This document shows, in pieces, positions 1-12,396 of a stretch of DNA of 50,261 nucleotides. This DNA comes from Nemertoderma westbladi (lineage: Eukaryota; Animalia; Xenacoelomorpha). Each line of letters starts with the position of its first letter. Positions within the stretch are counted from its first letter, which is position 1. Under the pieces are notes generated by a model. That model was not told the DNA's origin, did not search any database, and saw only the letters and a program-made list of their open reading frames with translations. The position numbers and the translations under genes are program-made. Where the stretch lies: positions 1 to 50,261 of the forward strand of contig JAUCBJ010005430.1 in assembly GCA_032718475.1 (NCBI GenBank), given 5' to 3'.

Positions 1-936
1 TTTACGTTGTTCGATCTCTCGTTCGGCCTCTCGTCCGCGTTGTTCGGCCTCCTGTTTACGTTGTTCGACCTGCCGTTCGTCCTCTAGCCTACGTTGTTCG
101 GCCTCCTGTTTACGTTGTTCGACCTGCCGTTCGTCCTCTAGTCTACGTTGTTCGACCTGCCGTTCGGCCTCTCGTCTATGTTGTTCGGCCTCCTGTTCGC
201 GTTGTTCGGCCTGCCGTTCGGCCTCTCGTCTATGTTGTTCGGCCTCCTGTTTACGTTGTTCGGCCTGCCGTTCGGCCGCTTGTTCGGCCTCTCGCTTTTG
301 TGTTTCGGCGGCTAATACATCTTGCTCGGCTTGCAGTTGAATATACTCATCTTCCATCCGAGCTTTGAGGGCTAATGCCTTCCGTTCTCTCAGTTGGTCT
401 CGGAGTGGCGGCGCCCCTTGAGAACTGCGCGCTGAGCCGGATATCTCGCTCCTAGCGCTGGAGTGCTGATTTCTGGTGGACCCCATTCTCTTGTGATGTA
501 CTCCTGTCCTGATGCTGGAGGATCGTACTGATTCCGCGTCTGTTCTTTCAGCCCTCTTGTAATACTGTTCCTCATAGCCTCTCACCAGGCTGAGGGTCCT
601 CCGGTGTTGTTTGCGGAACCCATCTAGATGTACAACGTGTTCTTCCAGCTTGGGGTAGTTTTCCTGATCGGTGGGAGGAACGAGCTCTTGGTACGCCTGT
701 ATCATTCTTTCGTACCGCTGTAGGATATTTCGGATACTTTGAAGCTGAGTTTGTACCTCATTGAGGGGGGTTTTGACTCCCTTGAGTTGTTTCTCCATCC
801 GTTGATACGCTCGGGTTACTCCGCCTTTAAGAGCCCCTAACCGACGGGTCATGTTCTTGACGTTTGGGACCTCGTCGGCTTCCGAGTCTGTGTGGTGATC
901 CATCTCGTCGGTATCGGATATGTTATTTGTGGTCAT
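1..936 (-). CDS. gag: BEL/Pao-type Gag N-terminus (element A), open to the left window edge
   Basis: Manual translation from ATG at 936: MTTNNISDTDEMDHH...RRLGALKGGVTRAYQRM...ESVRSSSIR...KALALKARMEDEYIQLQAEQ followed by EAEQR-type coiled-coil repeats (the tandem repeat at 1-290). Absent from the ORF track because there is no stop inside the window. Confidence 0.65.
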   Translation of the reverse strand, partial: MTTNNISDTDEMDHHTDSEADEVPNVKNMTRRLGALKGGVTRAYQRMEKQLKGVKTPLNEVQTQLQSIRNILQRYERMIQAYQELVPPTDQENYPKLEEHVVHLDGFRKQHRRTLSLVRGYEEQYYKRAERTDAESVRSSSIRTGVHHKRMGSTRNQHSSARSEISGSARSSQGAPPLRDQLRERKALALKARMEDEYIQLQAEQDVLAAETQKREAEQAAERQAEQRKQEAEQHRREAERQAEQREQEAEQHRREAERQVEQRRLEDERQVEQRKQEAEQRRLEDERQVEQRKQEAEQRGREAEREIEQRK

Positions 937-1124
937 TGTAACGCCTCGTCGATGGCGAGATACGCGATGTCGTAAAACAGTTCCTCGTAGGTATTGTACT
1001 CAGCTTGGACCACCCGAACAGTAATCCTGAATCGTCCAACGTTCGTTCCTTGTACCTCAACTTCGACGTGCCAGATTCCTGGCTCAACTTGAATTATATC
1101 AATGGGTGTGATCGATACTTCCAT
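933..1124 (-). CDS. 63-aa upstream ORF overlapping the gag start (ATGA)
   Basis: ATG-initiated ORF in track; its TGA (935-933) overlaps the gag ATG (936-934). Confidence 0.4.
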   Translation of the reverse strand: MEVSITPIDIIQVEPGIWHVEVEVQGTNVGRFRITVRVVQAEYNTYEELFYDIAYLAIDEALQ

Positions 1125-1321
1125 TCCCTGTTAACAACTCTCCCGAATTGTGATCTGCCGACTACGAGTTGGTTAGATCGAGTTTGCTGATTAATTAAAC
1201 CACGACTTTGTCTCAACTCAAATACCAGAGTTTCCTCGTAGTGGGTGCTGGCAAGCACGTAGAGAGTTTTTGAAGAGTATTGAAGGATTCTCAACTTCCA
1301 CCAGTTGAAGTTGACCGCGAT

Positions 1322-1421
1322 AATTATTCTTAATTTTGACACCCTGTCAAAATTAACCACGTGAATTATTCTTAATTTTGACACCCGGTCAAAATTAACC
1401 ATATAATTATTCTTAATTTTG
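1322..1421. repeat. About 2.4 tandem copies of a 41-42-bp unit containing a hairpin
   Basis: Unit aattattcttaattttgacaccctgtcaaaattaacca..; stem ttaattttgaca/tgtcaaaattaa with a 3-nt loop. Confidence 0.85.
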
Positions 1422-1960
1422 TTGCCGTTATTCCTACACCAGGGGGAAAAACGCCGATGCTGGAGACGTGACTTAACAGACCACCGAGCCCCGGCCAGTC
1501 ACCGGATATTGATTGTGGGGAGGGAATATTTCTAAGATGCAAGTTTGCGGTTGAGAAAAGCTGCATTAGTTGGATATACTCTTTAATGTAACTTCCTATA
1601 GTTGAAACCTGTTCAACATCATTGAAACCTGTTGAAACCTGATTAAGAATAATTTTGGGCTTCCCCAAATCAATATACACCAAATATTCACAATAAGTAT
1701 ACACGATAATATAAATCCCTAATAGTACTCAGGCTAACCTGAATACTGCTTGCATTTTCCATCCCCCCTGGCCCTTATAACTATGAAATTATTCCCGTAC
1801 CCTGTAAGTTGCCCCAAAGTTCGCCCATAAATCGCCCCCAGTTTATTGAATGTGCCCAAAACCCATGGTCCCGCACCCAGTAGTAATATCGGAATAATCA
1901 ATTTTAATAAAATACAAAAATATTCAACTCGCGTTATGGAAAGTTGAAATACCGCGAACA
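1420..1960 (-). mobile_element. Putative 5' LTR of BEL/Pao element A
   Basis: Minus strand begins TGTTCGCGG (1960) and ends GGCAACA (1420), TGTT..AACA termini; it starts where the protease reading of element B breaks off. Partner LTR is outside the window. Confidence 0.55.
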
Positions 1961-1972
1961 GTCACCCCATAA

Positions 1973-2428
1973 TCACATCCCGGTGCTATTGCTGATATTG
2001 TCGCACCGTCTCGTCCTCATCTCCAGGACCTCATCCTTGCTCGAGATAGTAGTTACCGCCATCCTACTCGGAGTCGTCTGTAACCCTATCTCCTCGGCCA
2101 CCCAATTCTCCACCAACGTGAAGGCTGCTCCACTGTCGACCAACATCAATGTTGTGACTGATCGGCCGTCCTTTCCTGTTATCCTCACTGGTACTACCCC
2201 GAGTAGTACTTTCCTCTTTCTTCTTGCTCCCGTCGTGCTCGTAGCCATTGTTTGGCCTCCAGTCTCGTCATATTCTGTCGGTGTTTCTCTACACTCTCCG
2301 AATCTGTGTCCTTCTACCACGCATCGATGACATAGTCCGTTTGTATCCGCGTAGGCTACACGATCTTGTTTAGGCAACGCTTGCCAATGCTTACAACTCA
2401 TGGTCTTATGGGTTCCATCCCTATGCAA
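1973..2428 (-). pseudogene. BEL/Pao zinc knuckle plus aspartic protease fragment
   Basis: CHRC-x4-H-x4-C knuckle followed by VLLGVVPVRI...LMLVDSGAAFTLV. Confidence 0.85.
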
Positions 2429-2449
2429 TTGACATTCGTATCCTGGATT

Positions 2450-3439
2450 TTAGCGCTCCCTGTATAGCCCTTCACGTATTGCGCGTAGATTCATATCTAC
2501 CGGTTTAGTGTTTTGGTTATTTGGACTCGGCCTACTGGGTATTTTGGGATTATACTTGTTTGTGTTGTTATTTTGTTTCTGTCCTTGCCACGGTGTGGCC
2601 CTACTCCCAACTAACTGTGGACTTGCAGTCCCCTGCGTGGCCGCATGTGGTAGCGACTGTCTCACTCTCGGGAATGGATCTGCCGGATTATGTTCGGGTT
2701 TAGGCCTGTTGTATTCTGTCTTCGGCGCCTTCCCCAAACTATCCTCACTGTAGACTGGGTCTGTGATCAACTCTGCTTCATAGTTGAGGAAGTTCGACAT
2801 TTCCTCTAGGCCCGGTTCCGCACCTTTCTTCTCCCGGGTGGAGAAGGAGGTCTTCCTCCATTTGTTTCGTAGCCAGATTGGTAGTGCCTGCGCTATCGTG
2901 GTGATGTTATTAGATGCGTTGAGTTCGTATGGCGCGTCTAGCATCTTCAGCACGATTAATGCCTTCTCAACCTTATTCGCAAAGGTATTTATACTAACAG
3001 GGTTATCCTGTAGGCCACCCGATGTTATTCCCCCCAGGGTCTGCCGGATGATCTTGGCTGGGTGTCCGTATTCCCTGTCTAGGGCCCGCCATGCAGTCGT
3101 GAAGCCGCCCTCGATGCCCTGATACTGCCTCACGATGTCGTACGCTGGGCCTCCTGTGTATACCTGTAAATATTTTAAGCACTCTGCCTGCGTCAGATTC
3201 TTAGTTAATATTTCATTGCTGTACATGCGTCGGAATTGCAGGTATTCATCCGGTCTGCTTCCGTCGAATTTAAATGGTTCAACTGGTGGTAGCTCGATCC
3301 TGGTTTTGAGCGCATCGATAAGTGTTGCCATTCCCATTGCCTGTGCTTCCAATGGGTTCGAGGGATGCTGTACAGACTCTCCTGTTGGGTGCGGTTCGCC
3401 CGTCGGGTCTGTTGACTTCTTCTGTGTCGGATATATCAT
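2450..3439 (-). pseudogene. gag: BEL/Pao Gag core (DUF1759-like) fragment
   Basis: ORF track 329 aa with characteristic FDG...Y..F...F and L..L..Y..G.A motifs. Confidence 0.85.
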
Positions 3440-4490
3440 TGGGGGTAATGGCCCCCTCCATATCTCCGTATCGCACGATCTGTTTTGGTCCAGGGGGTTC
3501 GATGTTCTTATTCTCGGCTGAGTGTATTGCTGATATTGTAATGGGGGAATGTCACCCTGCCCCCCCCCCCCACACCGGTGTTATGTTTGGTACTGGGGTT
3601 GATGTTAATATATTGGGGCCCACACATCTATCGGCAATAACCCCCCCTCCCCTGGGTATATGTTATGTCCCCGCATATTATAGTCATACTGGTGTGCTGG
3701 TACCGGTACATGGCTATCCACTTCTTGCCTTCCTACCGGTATGTACGCCGTGACTTCCGGATCTAATCCCGTTGTTCGCGCTACCCTATCGCCTACACTT
3801 TCTCTCCCAGCATGACCTATAGTATGTGCAGTAAGGCCTACAGTATGTCCTGCAGTCTGCCTGTGTCCTTCCGGACCAAAGTTTAATCTTCTCGAATAAT
3901 CCAAGAAGTCCTCCCCGTGACTACCGTATCCTCAATCGGCAGCTATATCCCGTCAGGAAGTTTCTCTTCGATCCCCTCTGCTGTTCTCGTCCTCGTACCA
4001 GTACATTCTGTACCCTTCTCCTGGTGTGTGGTGTGTCTCTCCGGGGCGACAGCAATCTCCCGGAGTTCGACCCCACTGACTCCCTAACTCCATCTCTACT
4101 ACCGACGGTTCACTGTCCATCCTTGCTCTCCAGTTGCTCGTAGCAACGCTTCTTCTATTCTCCTCACTTCTTCTCTCTTCAGCTTAGAGCTCCCGCTCAT
4201 GAGATATTTCTTCGACCTCCCGATTAAACTCCACTGTTCTTCTTCTCTCTTCCGACTGACGTCTTCTTGCTCGCCTGCTCTCGGCGTCAACATCTCTCTC
4301 TCTGCCCGGATGGACGCTCCTGGGGATACTCGCAATCCCCCTACTATTCTCCATCGTTGGGTGCCGCGGTTTAATCTAACTCGCCCCGTGCATTATCCTC
4401 TGCCCCCCCTCTCGCCACTAATCTCTCCCGTGGTGGGGCGCCCTTAACCCCCCCCCCCCCCCCACTCGCCACTTCTTACTTCACTACCTC

Positions 4491-6206
4491 TTACTTCGCT
4501 TCTACGCCCCTCTTGAGGGACATTCTCTGCCCCCCCCTTCTCGCCACTACGCTCCCGTTGTGGGGCGCCCATAGCCCCCCCCCCCCCCGCTTGCCACCTC
4601 CTACTTCACTACCTCTTACTTCGCTTCTACGCCCCTCTCTAGTCGATGCACTATCTCTACTGCGGCTGGGTCTATTTACCCCCGCCTCTCCCTCTACCAC
4701 TGCGTCGGGTTGACTCACCCCTGTTGCTCCCTGCCTAACTACGTGGCCTTGCAGGCTCCCGTCCCGTTGGGGTGACTCACCCCTGTGTGCTCCCTGCTTA
4801 ACTACGTGGCCTTGCAGGCTCCCGCTGGTCGGACCACCTATGTTTGCTGCGTTCGTATTAATAGTACTGTTATCAACAATATTACCATCTAAATTATTTG
4901 AATTATTTAAATTATTTTGTTCGGAATTCGGATTATTATTTAAATTATTTTGTATATTTAAATTAGAATTATTATTTTGTTCGTCTGAATTAAAGTTATT
5001 ATTTAGATTATTTTGCGCATTTAAATTAGGGTTATTATTTTGTATATTTAAATCAGAATTATTATTTTGTATATTTAAATCAGAATTATTATTTTGTATA
5101 TTTAAATCAGAATTATTATTTTGTATATTTAAATCAGGATTATTTGGATTTAAATTATTATTACCGGGTAAAAGGTTATTTCCTGCAATGAAAGTTTGAT
5201 TAGGGTTGTCTACTACGGTACTATTAATATTAATGCCTTCTAACGTATTATTATTACCCCCCCCCCCACCGCCCATACGGCTACACCAGTCCTGGGTCTG
5301 TCGTCCGGTGCCTGTAAGTGGGGTATTAACGAATGTTTCCATTACCTCTGGCTCCTCATAAATACTACCCGAGCCAGCCTCACTCTCGGATAGTCCCAAC
5401 TGCGCCAGTTCTAATCGGCGCTTTTGCTTAGCCTGATATTGCATAAGCCCCCTTAACCGGGCATGCCTATCATCCCGCATGCGCTTTCCCACTCTCTCTC
5501 TCTCTCTATCCTCTCGCAAACTTTGGTTCGCTAATTCTATCTCCCTCCCCTCCCGCTCTCTACGTTCGTTGGCTTCTCTCTCTACCCTCGCTTCTCGCTC
5601 TTTACGCTCGTTCTCTACTTTCGCCTCTCACTCTTTACGCTTGTTCTCTACTTTCGCTTCTCGCTCTTTATGCTCGTTCTCTACTTTCGCCTCTCGCTCT
5701 TTACGCTCATTCGTCTCTCTCTCTTCTTGCTCTCTACAATTCCTCGCCACCCTCTTGGCCCTCTCTCTACACTCCCTCGCCAACTCTCTCTCTTTATCTA
5801 ACAACGCAGTTCCCTCATCCAACTGCCTCTCTAATTTTTTCTGGTCTTGCGCCACCATGTCCAGTTGACACGCCAGATCTATCTCTAACACCCTTCTTGC
5901 TTTCGCGGAGGATGTAGCGGACTTATCGGTCGCGATGGACTCTCGTCGCCTCTCTGTCCTACTAACTTTCCCCCGCTTTCTGGGGTTCTCGCTAACCGAC
6001 GAGACCGAATCCTCGGGGTTAACCTCGGGTTTGCCCTCGTGCGGATCCGCCCAACCCACTAACTTAATTCCCCTAGCATCCACTAAGTACGGCCCTACAT
6101 ACACTATTTCAGGCTCCATAACCCCGGATCGCCACAGTTCGAATAGTTCGGTGGCGACCCCCCTCGCTCTCTCACTCGCCAGTTTTCCCTGTCCAAAACG
6201 GACCAA
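4491..6206 (-). pseudogene. gag: Gag N-terminal region of element B (coiled coil and Asn-rich repeat)
   Basis: ORFs 5628..6206 and 4491..5519 are in the same frame, separated by one TGA within an EREAKVEN repeat (likely CGA>TGA). Confidence 0.6.
4880..5165. repeat. AT-rich 27-bp coding minisatellite (NNNSDLNIQ)
   Basis: Repeated tttaaatcagaattattattttgtata units, in frame. Confidence 0.9.
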
Positions 6207-6701
6207 ATACCGGAAATGTTTGTTAGACTCACCTAGCCTTTGGTGTAACTTAGGCTGGTCTACCTTTCCTGGCCTCCTTCAGCAGTTTCTTCGTGGCGTT
6301 GTAGGCCCGTCGTAGCCGATCGCTCTTCCCGACGTCCTCTTCACCAACATCTCCTCGTTCGGCGTTGTACCAGCGGCCCCACCATCGCCGTTCCGGTGGG
6401 CCGTCCATCGCCCTCGGCCTGTGGCTGGCCGGCGACTTCGGTACTCCGACCGCCATCGTGCATCGACTCGTCCCTCCCTCGTGGTTGATGGCCGCCCTCC
6501 TCTTGGGATACCGGATCGTCCCTCCTCGGCGAATCCGGCGTCGCAGGTCGATACCGTCGCGTCGCGGCCTCACGGATCGTTTGGTTGGTATCGTCCGGGG
6601 TCCGCGGCGGCGTTCTCTCTCCCTCTGATAATCGGGGTTCTCCTGTGCTCATCTTCTCCTCTTAGCAGTCACAGTTCGATGGCAGTTGGCTATTGTTTCA
6701 C

Positions 6702-7051
6702 TGTGATGGGATCAGAGATCCCGACCGGGTAAGTTGTTTATACGCGTCACCGTAGGCTGAGATGATATAGATAACTTGGCCGAGGCCGTTGGAGAAAAAC
6801 GTTCAGAGTTTGATGTTCCTTGTGTCCTAATATATGTATAATAATAGCACAATATAGATTGCATATGTTAACTGAATACCTGTAATGGTAATGTATGATG
6901 ACAGCCGATATACAGTGACGGTGAAACAATATTACCGGTCTGCACTGAAACTGGGTAACTAACTAACTGAATCACAAACCGGTAACGAGAGGTAATATAT
7001 GATTGATATACCAATATTGCTTCACTTCCTACGCCACTCTGGCCTGTTACA
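6702..7051 (-). mobile_element. Putative 5' LTR of BEL element B
   Basis: Minus strand TGTAACAGG (7051) ... CATCACA (6702), directly upstream of the gag region; partner LTR not in window. Confidence 0.5.
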
Positions 7052-8640
7052 TAATGGATGCTCTTCTGTGACCTACCAAGGGTGGTGTGTTGTTTACTTT
7101 TTTTCGATTTCATTGTTCTACCAGTGCACAAAAGTTGCCAAATGGTAAAAAAATAAGGCAAAAAAATTTCTTTAAATTTCGTCTGTCTTCACGGATCCCA
7201 AGAGGGTTGAAATTTTGTGCCATTGCGATGCACCATAATGAAATTTAGAACAATATAACACATTGATGAAAGATCAATGACTCAAAAAAGAACTTCCTGC
7301 ATGCATCAAATGGGTCCAAACTTAGTTAGATACCAAAATTTTAATTTTTGGATCAAGAGAAGTTGTGCCACAGGCACATGACCAGAACCTACTCTTTGGC
7401 GCAAGTGATGATTATTCTCAATTTTGGTGATGGACAACTTTTAGTTCTCCTACGGCATTATTATTATGCTCATTAGAACCGCAATGACCGACTTAGTGGG
7501 GGTAGACACCATCAAAACAAGCATAGAAAGAATAGTTCTTGAGATATTACAGAAAATGTTAAGTACGGCACATGTCAACATTACTGCCTTGATGATTTAT
7601 AGACAAATACACAAAAATGTTACTTCTAATTATTTTAAGGCATCAAAAATATACACATCACTGCAACACATTGATTTAGTGTATACATAGACCTTCAAAA
7701 TTAAAGAGTAGTACATAATTCACTATAGTTTTTGTACAAAATGTGTGGAATGGGTCAACTCAATATCAAGTAGTAATTGGTGGACATAGTCTTGACATTT
7801 TGTAAAATAACTCAAGAACTAATGACTCTACTCTTATTTTGAAGGTGTCTTCACCCACTATATCGATCATTTCATTGATGTGTCTATTTTTTGATTCCTT
7901 GAGATAATTCAAAATATCATTTATTGTGTATTTGTCCATATCACATCAAGGCAGTAATGTAGACTTGTGCCGTACTTCACATTTTCTGCGATATCTCAGA
8001 ACTATTCGCTCTACGTTTGTTTTGAAGGTGTCTACCCCCACTAAATCGGCCATTGCGGTTCTAATGAGCATAATATGAATGCAGTAGGAGAACTCAAAGT
8101 TGGCCATCGCGAAAATTGAAAATAATCATCACTTGCGCCAAATGGTAGGTTCTGGTCATGTGCCTGTGGCACTAGTTCCCTTGACCCAACAGTTAAAATT
8201 TTGGTATCTAACTAAGTTTGGACCCATTTGATGACATTTGATGCATGCAGGAAGTTCTTTTTTGAGTCATTGATCTTTCATCAATGTGTTATATTATGGT
8301 GGCTGAAAGCGGCCAATATAATTCACTACTTTTTGAATTTTTATTTTGATCAACATTTTTTTCTTGAATTTCAACCCGGGTTGAAATTAATTTCAACCCG
8401 GGTTGAAATTGAATTATTCGTACCGGTACTGTAGAATGTAATATGAGGTATGTCATGTTGTAGGAAGGAGTAGGAGTAGAGCTGTAGTCTGCAGTCTGTA
8501 GAGGCAGAGACTGAGAGAGGCTGAGAGGTTGGCTTATCACAGTATCAGTGCAGTACTGCAGTACCAGTGCTGCAGTGACAGTGCTACGGTGCTTGGTCAG
8601 TTCCAGTTGGTAACCGAATTCTGTAATTCATGATCTAAAA

Positions 8641-11600
8641 ATGAGTAGGCCCAGTCCTAATAGTAGGCCTAGTGTTACTGGTGAATTAGGACTACCGGCA
8701 TCATTGCCTATTACTCACGAACGACGACGGTTATTATCGGAGTTAAGAAGTTACATAAACCTTGGTGTTGAAGACATTAATCGTGTCACTGGTCGGAGCG
8801 ACGGCGTTACCTGTAGGCTTACTACCGGCACATCTAGAATGGTTACCGGTACCAGTACTGAAAGTGAAACAGCTTCTGATTCCGGAGATTCATCGGATAA
8901 TGATTTTCGAGATGAGACAACGCTTTTGCGTCGAATACCTTCGACTACCGATACTGATAGGCTTCACCTTCCCTCACGCTCACGCTCGTCCTCAAGTCCT
9001 TTGTGCAACTCTCGTAGATTTTCGCGCGCGAAGAATAGGCCTCTGATAGGGAGCCTAGGAAAAGTTGGTCGGACTTCTCAATCGACTAAAGTTGTTATCC
9101 TTAAACTTAAAGTTCGTTATATTAATTCCACGAATGCAGATAGCATCACCATTAGAAGCCCTTGGGTGAGAGTAATTCTTTGAAGATGAGTCTACCAATG
9201 GATGCGAACTTATTGGTCGTTAAAAAGTTGATTCTCAATAAAATATTTATTGAAGAGCATAACCGTTGTTTGAGGGAGCAAGGATGTCCCTCAAACCGTA
9301 ATTCTTATTCGTTTCAATTAACTAACTTACAAGGCGAGAAACTTAAGCCAAAGTTTTGTTCCCTTCGACAGTATACATTGGAGCGGTGTGTTTTAGGATC
9401 CTTAAAAATCGCTGTTGTTGGAGAGTTGCCCGAAGAGGATACTGGTAATGAGTTGGAGAATGATTCAACACTACCAGCCATTGCCGAATGTGACACGGTT
9501 CCACCCTCGCCAGGCGATGAAGGTACCAGTGCCAATGACGTGGTTCTACCTCCACCACCTGTTGGTATACTCAGTGTCGGTAATGGTGTGGCTGTACTTC
9601 CGCCAGCCCCAGCCCTTGATGGTTCTGACGCGGTTCTACTTCCGCCAAACGTCGGTGAACTCGGTTCCTTCTGTGACATGGAACCGCTTCCGCCAGCCTC
9701 CTCCGGTAATGATGTAGTTCCTGTTCTGCCTCCTCCTTTAATCGATGACCAAGTACATCTAGACACCAGTACCGATATACGTCAGGAATCCGTGTATGAA
9801 GTTCTGTCCCGTTTGGAGTGCAAAGTCGGTCTTTGCAACAAGGTCAACATCGTTAATGTTGACGACCGAGACAATGTACTTGATTGTGGATACCGGGCTT
9901 TTTCAAGAAAGGGATTCAACATATGGGAACCTTTATCTGTTAAATTCATTGGGGAGCGAGGCATAGATGCTGGAGGACCTTCGCGCGAATTCATGCGGTT
10001 AACATTACAAGCGATCAGGGATTCTGCGTTATTCAGCGGCGAGGAAAATTCCAAGAACATCGAACTGGATTACAACAGTAAGTTGCATCAAATAATCTTA
10101 TGCTGTTTAAATAAATTTAATTAAACTTCTTAATTTAACTGAACCAAATATAATTCAATTTTTATTAAATTGAATTATTATATTTTATTTTTCAGGTCTA
10201 AACTTAAACAGGTATTACCTGGCGGGAAAGATGATAGGTTACTTCATCATACACCGAGGTTCGACTCCTAGTTTCCTATCCCCATTGTTGTATAACATAA
10301 TTAGTACACCGGATGGATTTATTTCCGCCACCCCGGCAGTGACTGATATAGCTGATTATGAACTACGGGACAAAGTTAATAAAGTGAGATATAGATAATT
10401 ATTTATTTAATAATATAACATAAATATTAAATAAACTAATTAAATAACTATTATATTTCGGTTAGGCCTATACAAAATATTGTTAACCTTAACTTTACTT
10501 TAGATAAGTTCTGCAGAAACATCCGGAGAATTCAACACAGCAATAGACGAGGCTACTGATCTGATATCTATGAGTGGTTGTTTCAATATTATCCATCGCT
10601 TCAGCGACCAAACGAAAATAGATCTTGTTGGAGCTTTGGCTAAATTCATTGTGATGGATAGAAATCGTCGTGCCATTGAACAGTAAGTTAATTATTAGTA
10701 TAGTTAATTATCATAATCGCTCAATTAGTCAATATTAATTTCAGGAACTTTTTACAATTAATTTTAAACTAAACAGTCAAGTGCACTTTAGATTCCAGGA
10801 TGGTCTAAAAGAAGTTGGATTAATTAACGAAATTCTAAGAAATCCCGATGGTTGGCGGGAATTCTTTGTGCATAACGAATGTGTACTTACCTCCGAAGCT
10901 GTACAAGATTTGTTTATAATACAATGGACAGAGAACAACAATAGTATTCGGAAGAGAAAGGAGAAACGTGTTGCAGCATATTGGCTGGATCTGTTGCAGG
11001 ATTTGGGAGGTATTTTAAATTTTTTATTCAAAATTGAATAAAAAATGAAAATCACCACCAATCAAATAATTGATAAACTGTTAATTAATTTATAAATCGA
11101 TTACTTGCTTAATAATTAATATGTTTCTTTCTCCTTAATTCATATATTTCTTGATTATTAAAATGAATGTATTGATTATTGAGTAATCTGTTTATTTTTC
11201 TTTGAAATTTGTTTAACTGTTGTTTAATAATTATGTGTTGCATTATTGTCCCAATAAGCCTAGGTCGCCTCGTATTTGTTTTGGTGTAAAGGTAAACTAT
11301 AGTCTATAGGCTGGGAAGTGCGTTCAACTCCGCCGCCATAAACTATCCAATACCATCTCTCATAAACTTGCTGAATGGACTTTATAGTAAAAAATGTATC
11401 CAATCGGAGATTGAAACTGGGTGTCTAACAATACAAGAGTTAATAACTGTGTCATTTATTAAATCTACATACGGATTACAGAGTTTGAGCTTTAAACAGA
11501 AACACACACGAGTCTTGGAATACTTCAACGTTAACTAACAAACTAGGGAACTAGGCTAACGTAAATCTTGTAACTGTATACTTTGGGTTGGTTTTAAAAC

Positions 11601-12243
11601 ATATAATATAAATTGTGCATATTATGACTGATGTTGGAACTGCCTGAAACGTTTATTAATTTGTGTTTGTAAACATTGTAAATTATGTATCATGGGTGTA
11701 TGTATCTTTAGAAATCTGGAAATTTAGCCCAACCTTTTACTGAATATAGCCACTGGGGCGTGAAGCCGGACAAATAATATATACGCCGACAGCCTACAGC
11801 GGCCAACTATCAGCCGACAACAGTTATAAATGTTGCTGGGTGTTAGTTGCTGGCAATCGGCGTAGCGTTTACACCCTCCCGTATCCGTTCAATCGTCCTG
11901 CAGTTTAAATTGATTTAATTAAATTTTTATATATTTTCAATTTTTAAATTATTGCATTTTTATTACAGACGGGGTTACAGGATACGCATCCGGACGAGTA
12001 GTCGGGCTGAAAGACCTTCTTATATTTGTGACTGGTATCGATGCTGTTCCCGCACTTGGATTTAACCGGGATCCTTCAGTTGTATTCCTCCACCCCGAGG
12101 ACGATAACCAATATTACATTGGTCTACCAAGATCAAACACTTGTGGTCTCATTTTAAGTCTACCGATTGTTGGGTCCTACGACGAGTTTAAACGCAATAT
12201 GATTAGCGCATTGGAGATAGCGACTACATTCACCGATGATTGA
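8641..12243 (+). CDS. Spliced HECT-domain E3 ubiquitin ligase (G2E3-like); exons ~8641-10077, 10196-10383, 10504-10682, 10792-11009, 11969-12243; probable frameshift near 9160
   Basis: GT-AG introns join in phase; motifs LSVKFIGERGIDAGGPSREF, YYLAGKMIG..IIHRG, EQFQDGL, LLIFVTG, LPRSNTC (catalytic Cys) and C-terminal F. Confidence 0.9.
11245..11778. mobile_element. Possible small insertion in HECT intron 4
   Basis: Short inverted ends ttattgtcc..ggacaaataa; intron 4 is about 960 bp versus about 110-120 bp for introns 1-3. No clear TSD. Confidence 0.25.
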
Positions 12244-12396
12244 ATGAAACTATAAACATTTTAGTAATTGTTTATTATATACTAGAAGTAAAATAGAAAA
12301 ATTAAGAACTAAATTAGAACTATAGTCGTTTTATAGTAATAAAGAACTGTTATTCTTATAATAAAGTAAGAATTAGAAATTATATGTAAGTATGAA

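Larger units (their letters stand above)
1961..7051 (-). mobile_element. BEL/Pao LTR retrotransposon B (5' LTR, gag, protease), decayed and interrupted by element A
   Basis: DUF1759-like Gag core (RIELPPVEPFKFDGSRPDEYLQF..LKYLQVYTGGPA..AWRALDREYG), Cys/His knuckles (CHRCVVEGHRFGEC), aspartic protease motif LVDSGA; several stops/frameshifts. Confidence 0.85.
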
